From a virus, in IMG/VR virus record IMGVR_UViG_3300022538_000610: a DNA stretch of 44,514 bases; one strand, written 5' to 3'. This document shows, in pieces, positions 38,282-44,514 of the stretch. Position 1 is the first letter of the stretch; every line of letters starts with the position of its first letter. The notes under the pieces were generated by a model. That model ran no database searches and was not told where the DNA came from. It saw only the letters and a program-made list of their open reading frames with translations. The position numbers and the translations under genes were made by a program.

Positions 38282-41158
38282 TTATCTTTGGGCTTCTATA
38301 TGTATAAGAGTTCTGGCTCTTTTCTTGGCTATTGCTATTGCGTTTTCAATAAACAGTGTTTGCTCTTCTTTTGACCTTTCCTTCCACTCCGGCTTTTCGA
38401 GGACGGGGGACAGTATTTCCTGCAATTCTTTTGTTATATGGTCTTTGTATTTTGCATAGCGCTCGTCGTTCAATGTCCACTTCCCGAAGGTTCGGGGCAA
38501 ACTGCCGATGCGTATTTTGAGTCGCTGCATTTCTTTTTGTGTTGGCTTGGGCAGTCTGCCTTCCACGTCCATTCCTGCAATTAATTGTTCCTGCTTGATT
38601 TCTTCCAGAAAAGGGAAAACCGTGCGGTCGTATTCGGCTTCTCGTTTCAAGTTGGCCAATAATTTATTATCCCGCTCCAAAAGTTCCTGCTCGATTTCAT
38701 TGAGACTATCCCATTCTTTCCCGTAGATTGTCATTGCCAGTTCGTCTTGTGCCCTTGTTAGAAGAGTCCATTTTGAAGGCTCCCACGTCCCCACGCCGAC
38801 ACCGAAGAAGGCGGTAGTGGAAGTTATGGGTAATGCACCATCCAGCCCTTGATAACGAATAGCGTCGGCAATATCCTGTATAGCCATTGGAACAACTCGT
38901 TTAGGTATATCTTCGGCAAGAAAAGTAGGCTCAAGTTTCATCTCCTCGCCTATAAAAGTCTGGCCGGTAAGAACATCCCAGGTAAGACCGGCGGGTGGAG
39001 AGAGTTTTGTGCGAACATAACGAGTTATAATATCCGCCCTGTTTATATCATATAAGCGACCCGTACCCGTCGCCGTTTGCTGGCCTGATGCTACTTGTGC
39101 AATTAACCTTGCGATTTGAGAATATCCCGCCCAGAAATCGTATCGAGTATTTCCATATCTTACTTTTCCGAAATCAGAAGAACGTGGGTCGGTTTCAACT
39201 TCTACGCCTTCTATTTGATTAAGCAGCCATAAGGCAGCCGTTCCCGTTCCCACAAATTTAACTGTATCCCCTATAATGACTTTTCTTGCGGCGGGATTTT
39301 TAAGGCTAACGAAAGCATCATAAACAAGTTGGGGTCGTGAAATCTGATAACGGGGCGAGAAGAAAGCAACGTTAAGTTCTGGAGTGATGCCCGCATATCT
39401 TTTAGGGATAGTTCCTCTGCCCGTGGCGTGATTAAGAAAAGCTGCCAATCTTGTGTATTCTTCTGGATGAGAACTCCACGACATACCTGCGCTTTCCCAG
39501 TTGCGGGCAATATCATCGAATACATTGATTCGCAGTTGGTTACTCATTGTTGTAAAAGTTCGCTCTGCCCATTTCACTCCAGGGATTATTTCCGCCCAAG
39601 ATGACAAAAACGGTTCTTCACGGGCTGCTATATGGGTTAAGCCCCATTCTGTAATGTCCAGACCAGCACTTCTTCGCAAGGTAGCATATCGACTATTTTC
39701 CGCCAAGTCCTCTAAGTATCTGGCGTATTCCTTTCCCCTTTTTCCAGGCACTGCGGCTTTAATCATCTGCCCGAAGGATATTGCCCATTGTTTTGGATGG
39801 CCTGGCAGAAGGATAATACCCTGCCGCAGCGGGAAAGATAAATCGTACGAAGCCAATGTAGCTCGTGGAATATTTATCACATCCAGAGTAGTTTGCCACG
39901 CTTTTGTGCCAGCAGGTCTTTTTTGACGAATGATTTTTGCCAACCCCCTGCCGAAATGCCTTTCCAGAAAAGCGGTTTCGCCTGGTGTTAGCATTTCGGC
40001 ACGAAGCAATTTAATTAGTGCATCAGCAGTATTTCTATAGCGGAAATGAGCCATCTTGGAAACTCGTAAGGACTCAAATAGATAGTATCGGTCGGCGGAC
40101 GAAATCTCTGGTGCGGTAAAGGCCGGAACTGGGTATTCGCCTTTCAGGGGGCCACGGGATGCCCAAGCAGCGGACTCTCCAGTTTTTGCCCTGCGGACTT
40201 GCTCGGCTATTGCTACCCTTCTTGCCTTTTCCAGCCGGATTAGTTTTTCTTTTTTGGGATGAAGTTTCTTTGCCCTTTTTATTCCAGCCGTGAGCCGGTC
40301 AACTGCCACTCTGGTTGCCGAGGCAAGGTTTTTGTTTGCTAATTCTGCTGCGGGAATATCAGCAAGTATCTGGTGGGCATCTAATGGTGTCATTCTTTGT
40401 ATTTGTGCTGGTTTATATCCCCTCTTCAATAGTTGGGCTTTTTCTGCTTTACTTAAAGCAATAACAGCAGATTCTTTGACTAATGTGGCTCTTACCTGTG
40501 CAGGTTGCATTTTTGCAAGTTGCCTGTGGGAGAAAATTCTTTTAGCTGCCTTGATTTCTGTGGAAGTTAGTTTTGCGTTACCAAATTTGGGAGCACCTCT
40601 TATCCTGCTTGCCCGTTGCGCTGCCGCTCCTGAAAACAAAAGAGTTTCAAAAGCAACATCCATAGCGGGAACATACCACCAGGGAGGTTCTTCGCCGGTT
40701 AATGGTATATACCAATCTTGTTTTAATGCTTCACCCATAGTTTTTAGTTCATCTGCTGAGCTGGGGATGGGATAAAAAACCCTTCTTGCCCTCCATATCG
40801 AGGGGAAAATATCTTTCAGAGCGTTGGGATTTAATGTGGTTGTTGTTTTCATTGCTTCGGGGGCGGGGGATACTTCTGTTAAAAATTGATTAGCTCTTCT
40901 AACAACAGAACCAATCATTTTGAATCCGGTTACAACAGGCCATTTGGTGATATTATGGAATTTTTCGTATCTTGTAGGCCCCATCCAGCGCCCTCGGTCT
41001 GGCGGGAAAAAGTATTCCTTCCATTTTCGGCCAAACGTGCGTTCCGGGGCGGGGCCAATGAACATTTCCCGATATGTGGGAACCTTTGTCCCAAATATTT
41101 CTTCGGTTGTTTTTACTTCACCAAAGATTTCTTCAGTTGTTCTTATCTCTTCCGCCAT
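38282..41158 (-). CDS. Large internal virion / ejection protein (T7 gp16-like by size and position)
   Basis: 958 aa; last and largest gene of the minus-strand operon. N-terminal duplicated TTEEIFG. No lysozyme or transglycosylase motif recognised. The assignment rests on position only. Confidence 0.45.
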   Translation of the reverse strand: MAEEIRTTEEIFGEVKTTEEIFGTKVPTYREMFIGPAPERTFGRKWKEYFFPPDRGRWMGPTRYEKFHNITKWPVVTGFKMIGSVVRRANQFLTEVSPAPEAMKTTTTLNPNALKDIFPSIWRARRVFYPIPSSADELKTMGEALKQDWYIPLTGEEPPWWYVPAMDVAFETLLFSGAAAQRASRIRGAPKFGNAKLTSTEIKAAKRIFSHRQLAKMQPAQVRATLVKESAVIALSKAEKAQLLKRGYKPAQIQRMTPLDAHQILADIPAAELANKNLASATRVAVDRLTAGIKRAKKLHPKKEKLIRLEKARRVAIAEQVRRAKTGESAAWASRGPLKGEYPVPAFTAPEISSADRYYLFESLRVSKMAHFRYRNTADALIKLLRAEMLTPGETAFLERHFGRGLAKIIRQKRPAGTKAWQTTLDVINIPRATLASYDLSFPLRQGIILLPGHPKQWAISFGQMIKAAVPGKRGKEYARYLEDLAENSRYATLRRSAGLDITEWGLTHIAAREEPFLSSWAEIIPGVKWAERTFTTMSNQLRINVFDDIARNWESAGMSWSSHPEEYTRLAAFLNHATGRGTIPKRYAGITPELNVAFFSPRYQISRPQLVYDAFVSLKNPAARKVIIGDTVKFVGTGTAALWLLNQIEGVEVETDPRSSDFGKVRYGNTRYDFWAGYSQIARLIAQVASGQQTATGTGRLYDINRADIITRYVRTKLSPPAGLTWDVLTGQTFIGEEMKLEPTFLAEDIPKRVVPMAIQDIADAIRYQGLDGALPITSTTAFFGVGVGTWEPSKWTLLTRAQDELAMTIYGKEWDSLNEIEQELLERDNKLLANLKREAEYDRTVFPFLEEIKQEQLIAGMDVEGRLPKPTQKEMQRLKIRIGSLPRTFGKWTLNDERYAKYKDHITKELQEILSPVLEKPEWKERSKEEQTLFIENAIAIAKKRARTLIHIEAQR

Positions 41159-42654
41159 TTATTATCTCCTATATATTCCCACAATTGGCCGCTTGCGTCC
41201 GTGCGGGTTTCTCCGACCGTGTATGGTTCCGGCTCTTCCTCCGCCTTTGGGACGATTTCTTCTTTTTCAATCTTTTCAACTTCCTCCGGCTCGCCCAAAG
41301 CCAGCTCCACCATTCGGGGAATATCTTCATCGTAAGGCATTATCTTTTTCAGGCGTTCAATGAAGTATGGTCTTACAATGGTTCGGCCAAGCTCTATGAT
41401 TTCTTCACCTTTGCTCTCTTGCTCTTTTGTTTGCTCCTGCCATTCTCTTAATACCTTCTCGTAAAGAAAAGCGGCAAAATTATCATCACCGAAACCAAGT
41501 TCGGGCGACCAACCGAATATTCTCTTGAATAACTGCTCTGTCTCTTTGTACCAATGCTGCCGCCATATTTCCCTGTCTTTTATTATTGATTCCGCTGTGT
41601 TCGGACTCAATCCCTTGCCAACGGTATCTCTGATTTGCTCATCGGTAATTGTATTCGCTTCGACTCGTTCATATATATCGGCCAGCACCGCCCCCTTGTC
41701 CTGGAAGGCTTCTTCCAATTCCCCTTCGGAATAATTATCGAAAACCCGCACTCTTGTTCTCATTTTTTCTTTGGCGGCTTCCGACATTGGGGATGCATCA
41801 ATTTCTGAAAAAGCGGGTGTCTCGCCCTGGTCTGGCTCTAAAAAGAATCGCAACCGTGCTGAAAACTTGCCTGTCCATTCATCATCTATTTTTTGTTGTT
41901 TAATGTTTGTCCTTACCTGTTGTGCATTTGCTTGTGCTGCGGCAATCCCTGAAAGCGAACTAACAATCTTAGGGTCTATATCTTTTATGTTCTCTTTCAC
42001 GCTGAACCATTTAACCGCCGCCGCCCAATTAACCTCGCCGTCCTCGGGCCGCACGACTATTGTCGCCTTGTTCCATATCTCTCGTATGGCCGCCTCTCTA
42101 CGGGTTTCGCTCAGCATTCTGACAGCTTTGCTTTTATCTATTCTGCCTTCGGCCACGCCTGCCGCCAGGTATGCAGGGAAGTCGCCCACTTTGCCCGTCA
42201 GTTTTGCCTCGGCCTGTTTCTCAAATAACTCTGCAAGCCAGTTGTCGTTTGCCCTTGCAAGTTTAGATTCTTCCACGCCCAGTTCCCAGGAAGGCATTCT
42301 GTTATTCAACCATAAGTTGGCGCCTTCGGCGGCTCTTTTGTTCTTCGGCATAAGGGAACGTATCTCCCCCAGAGTTTTTTTGTATTCATCCTGATAGGTT
42401 TCGGGGTCGAGATTGCCTTCAAACGATAGACTAAGTTGGTTTATCCTTCTTTTCGATTCCCGCTGAAATTCGCTTAACTGGGTTTCCGCCTGCGCAATAT
42501 CATACTTGTCGGCTATATCTTGTATTACCTTGCCCAAACCAGCAATGGCTTGTCCTATCGCTCGTCCGCCGGTTCTTACATCTATGGCCGCCCGCACACT
42601 TGGCCCGACCGCCGGTGGTAATCTTTTCGCTCTTTCTATTGGAAACTTTGCCAT
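41143..42654 (-). CDS. Internal virion protein (gp15-like by position)
   Basis: 503 aa, helical and charged. 16-nt overlap with the downstream gene. Confidence 0.4.
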   Translation of the reverse strand: MAKFPIERAKRLPPAVGPSVRAAIDVRTGGRAIGQAIAGLGKVIQDIADKYDIAQAETQLSEFQRESKRRINQLSLSFEGNLDPETYQDEYKKTLGEIRSLMPKNKRAAEGANLWLNNRMPSWELGVEESKLARANDNWLAELFEKQAEAKLTGKVGDFPAYLAAGVAEGRIDKSKAVRMLSETRREAAIREIWNKATIVVRPEDGEVNWAAAVKWFSVKENIKDIDPKIVSSLSGIAAAQANAQQVRTNIKQQKIDDEWTGKFSARLRFFLEPDQGETPAFSEIDASPMSEAAKEKMRTRVRVFDNYSEGELEEAFQDKGAVLADIYERVEANTITDEQIRDTVGKGLSPNTAESIIKDREIWRQHWYKETEQLFKRIFGWSPELGFGDDNFAAFLYEKVLREWQEQTKEQESKGEEIIELGRTIVRPYFIERLKKIMPYDEDIPRMVELALGEPEEVEKIEKEEIVPKAEEEPEPYTVGETRTDASGQLWEYIGDNKWRKR

Positions 42655-43157
42655 TATGTTTTTGCCTTTTTCTTGAACATTCCAGCTTCGCTAAATCCCG
42701 TTAGTAAAGTGGCACCAGCACCAATATATCCCGCACGCTTTTCGACCTTGCCTCTTTCTTTGTATAATTTCCCTTGTGCTATATCAATGGCCGCTTGCGA
42801 CCTTTTTCTCGCTGCCATTATTCTTGCTTCATATCCTATTATTGCTTGTCCCAGGTCAAGTTCGGCGGCCTGCTCTTCCTCTAACAGTAGGGGCGTTCCA
42901 ACGCCAAGTTGGACACCAGCGCCCGCCAGTCTTGCCCGCAGCGCCCCTTTAATCCTTTCGGCGACCTCTGCCTGCCTGATAGATTCAAACTTGGCTTTTT
43001 GCTCAATGGCCTTGGCTTGCTGTTCCTGAACGGCGGCGTTGTAGTTTGCTATCGCCTGAGCGGATTTGCTTTCAACTTCCGCCGCTCTGGCTGCCTGTAT
43101 CTCGCCAGCGGCTTTAAGTCCTGCGCCCGCAATTATCAATCCTGCTACCATACCCAT
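42654..43157 (-). CDS. Internal virion protein (gp14-like by position): N-terminal hydrophobic helix plus Ala/Gln-rich coiled coil
   Basis: 167 aa; MGMVAGLIIAGAGLKAAG... and a C-terminal GYIGAGATLLTGF. Confidence 0.4.
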   Translation of the reverse strand: MGMVAGLIIAGAGLKAAGEIQAARAAEVESKSAQAIANYNAAVQEQQAKAIEQKAKFESIRQAEVAERIKGALRARLAGAGVQLGVGTPLLLEEEQAAELDLGQAIIGYEARIMAARKRSQAAIDIAQGKLYKERGKVEKRAGYIGAGATLLTGFSEAGMFKKKAKT

Positions 43158-43567
43158 TATGTTATCCTTGAATATAAATAAGCATCGCCATCTGGCAAAA
43201 AGTTTTTCATTGTGCTTTCGTAGCGAAAACCAAGATGTTTAATCATTCTGAGCGCTTCGGGGAAATCGGGTTCGATATACGCCTGAAGGCGCTTAATCCC
43301 TTTTTCCTCTACGAGTTTGTTTAACCATTCCTTGATAGTTCGATAGCCGACTATTATATGACCTTTGGCGCAATCGCTTATATCTACCCAGCACCAGGCG
43401 GTGGTAAGCGTTATCAAGCGTATCCCGCCTATACCAAGCACCTTACCTTCGTGCTCCAATGTATAGCAAAAGTCGGTGATTTTGGGTTGCTTGTTCAAGA
43501 TGCCCCTGCTGGCCGAATGGTCTTTCATAAACTCAACGTCTTTTTTAGTCATTTCTCTGAATATCAT
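43157..43567 (-). CDS. GNAT-like acetyltransferase-fold protein (at the internal virion protein A position)
   Basis: 136 aa. Layout ...EHEGKVLGIGGIRL...AWCWVD....GYRTIKEWLNKLVEEKGIKRLQAYIEPDFPEALRMIKHLGFRYE resembles the GNAT beta4-alpha3 and C-terminal elements. Confidence 0.45.
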   Translation of the reverse strand: MIFREMTKKDVEFMKDHSASRGILNKQPKITDFCYTLEHEGKVLGIGGIRLITLTTAWCWVDISDCAKGHIIVGYRTIKEWLNKLVEEKGIKRLQAYIEPDFPEALRMIKHLGFRYESTMKNFLPDGDAYLYSRIT

Positions 43568-43584
43568 ATTTTTTTATTTTTTAC

Positions 43585-43613
43585 TTGATTTTCGCTTTTA
43601 AATTTACTATAAT
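43585..43613 (+). promoter_or_regulatory. Near-consensus sigma70 promoter for the antisense moron
   Basis: TTGATT (43585..43590), exactly 17-nt spacer, TATAAT (43608..43613). An AAAGGA Shine-Dalgarno sequence and the ATG at 43650 follow. Confidence 0.65.
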
Positions 43614-43649
43614 AACTCTATGAAAATTTTTTAATAGAAAGGATTGATT

Positions 43650-43928
43650 ATGCACAGAAGAGATTTCTTTAGTGTCGTCTTGGGGGCTTGCATAGCCCTG
43701 TTCGTGCCAAAGAAGGTCAAGGCAATTGATGACAATAAGCCCCAAGTAGAAATCAAAAAGCGAAAAGGTTTCAAATTTATTGAGGGCACTGAAAAGATGG
43801 CTCCGATTGTAGCAATGATTGAGTTTAAGGGCGGAATTTGGATTGCTACAACCAAGCGTGTGTACGAAATAAAAGATAACAAAGCAAACCAGGCAATAGC
43901 GAAACCAGTTAAATTTATTTATCAATAA
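43650..43928 (+). CDS. Small exported protein with a twin-arginine (Tat) signal peptide; moron on the opposite strand to the tail operon
   Basis: MHRRDFFSVVLGACIALFVPKKVKA-: an RR-x-F-F motif, a hydrophobic core and an AxA-like cleavage region (VKA). It has its own promoter and Shine-Dalgarno sequence. Confidence 0.65.
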   Translation: MHRRDFFSVVLGACIALFVPKKVKAIDDNKPQVEIKKRKGFKFIEGTEKMAPIVAMIEFKGGIWIATTKRVYEIKDNKANQAIAKPVKFIYQ

Positions 43929-43933
43929 TTCTA

Positions 43934-44514
43934 TCATCTTCCTGTTTTGTCAACTCTTGGTATTATCGCCCTTACCGTGCAGGGGAAGGGACTGTCGTTT
44001 GTGATAACAAAGTCGTCTTCAACATTAAATCCGCCGTCGGCGATAACTAATTTCTCTCCTGTGAATAAACCATCGCCCCAATCCGGTATCGTATGCAGAT
44101 TGTCGGTATCGTGGCCGTATTTGGCATTTTTCGTATTCAGAAAACTTATCGTAACCTCTGAAAACTTCTTGATACTGCCGAGCGTAGTTCCCGTTGCCGT
44201 ATCAATATCCAGTCGCATTGGTTTTAATACAGACATATACCGCAACCCCACTACGGCTTTTCTAACAAAGTTATGTGCATGGGGGTCTAATTCCATTAAA
44301 GTAATAGCCCCACCCGAAACGACTTCATCATCATATTCTCTGGTAACATCGTCAACGTCAGTGCCTTGAATAACCACCGTCTCGCCTTCGAGATGGTCTA
44401 AATTGATGAACGTATTCTCTACTTTTCGGACGGTTCCACCACCGGTATACTCATCAAAAACAGAAGTATCTACTTCCTCGCCGGATATACTCGGTGAAGC
44501 TGATGGTGTTGCAG
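43934..44514 (-). CDS. Junction-spanning tail protein, 3' portion: C-terminal ~180-aa domain resembling the C-terminus of gp12-like nozzle proteins (44374..44514 duplicates 1..141)
   Basis: The frame is open from the right edge to the TGA at 43934: ...[48 protein letters not shown]...LFTGEKLVIADGGFNVEDDFVITNDSPFPCTVRAIIPRVDKTGR. The tracked start (GTG at 44377) is only the first start-like codon inside a longer open frame. Confidence 0.8.
   Translation of the reverse strand, partial: ATPSASPSISGEEVDTSVFDEYTGGGTVRKVENTFINLDHLEGETVVIQGTDVDDVTREYDDEVVSGGAITLMELDPHAHNFVRKAVVGLRYMSVLKPMRLDIDTATGTTLGSIKKFSEVTISFLNTKNAKYGHDTDNLHTIPDWGDGLFTGEKLVIADGGFNVEDDFVITNDSPFPCTVRAIIPRVDKTGR
44374..44514. repeat. 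Terminal direct repeat, copy 2 (identical to 1..141)
   Basis: Exact 141-nt identity with the window start, counted base by base. Confidence 0.95.

Noticed and set aside
43581-43937. 118-aa and 83-aa minus-strand ORFs that would keep the tail operon continuous
   Set aside because: The translations are F/L/N/C/H-rich noise with no ribosome-binding site. The opposite strand has a near-consensus promoter, a Shine-Dalgarno sequence and a textbook Tat signal peptide.

Overview
The window is a complete, circularly closed dsDNA phage genome. The first and last 141 nt are identical, which leaves 44,373 bp of unique sequence. All function calls come from reading motifs in the supplied translations and in my own translations; no database search was possible.

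Layout:
- One long minus-strand virion operon runs from 22233 down through position 1, across the contig junction, to 38282. In order it encodes small terminase, GpA-like large terminase, podovirus-type portal, scaffold, an EndoVII-type HNH, major capsid, a LamG protein, a T7 gp11-like adaptor, a 1167-aa multi-enzyme, tail fibre, a T7 gp12-like nozzle, a junction-spanning repeat protein, a GNAT-like protein and three internal-virion-like proteins.
- A plus-strand early arm (22579..37492) carries about 45 mostly tiny genes. Recognisable ones are a PD-(D/E)XK exonuclease, an SSB-like protein, an ATP-dependent ligase, a DUF1376-like replication protein, an HNH, a resolvase-like nuclease, a dNTP-pyrophosphohydrolase-like domain, a DUF1937-like protein, a metallophosphoesterase and an AP2-domain protein.
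- I saw no DNA or RNA polymerase, integrase, tRNA, CRISPR array or recognisable endolysin.

Most interesting observations:
1. The 1167-aa protein inside the tail module has two ppGalNAc-transferase-like GT-A domains, a third GT-like domain, a ParB/Srx-like domain and a sugar-O-methyltransferase-like domain.
2. Four genes downstream, a tail protein contains 140 uninterrupted (Ser/Thr)-X dipeptide units (107..946).
3. That repeat protein appears to be the detached C-terminal part of the gp12-like nozzle gene. It is separated from the N-terminal part by a single in-frame TAA.

Together these suggest a phage-encoded system that O-glycosylates, and possibly methylates, a mucin-like tail appendage.

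Other points worth a second look: two paralogous lipoprotein genes bracket the early arm; a Tat-signal moron with a near-consensus sigma70 promoter sits antisense in the tail operon; there are paired intergenic elements and several long-range-helix RNA structures.
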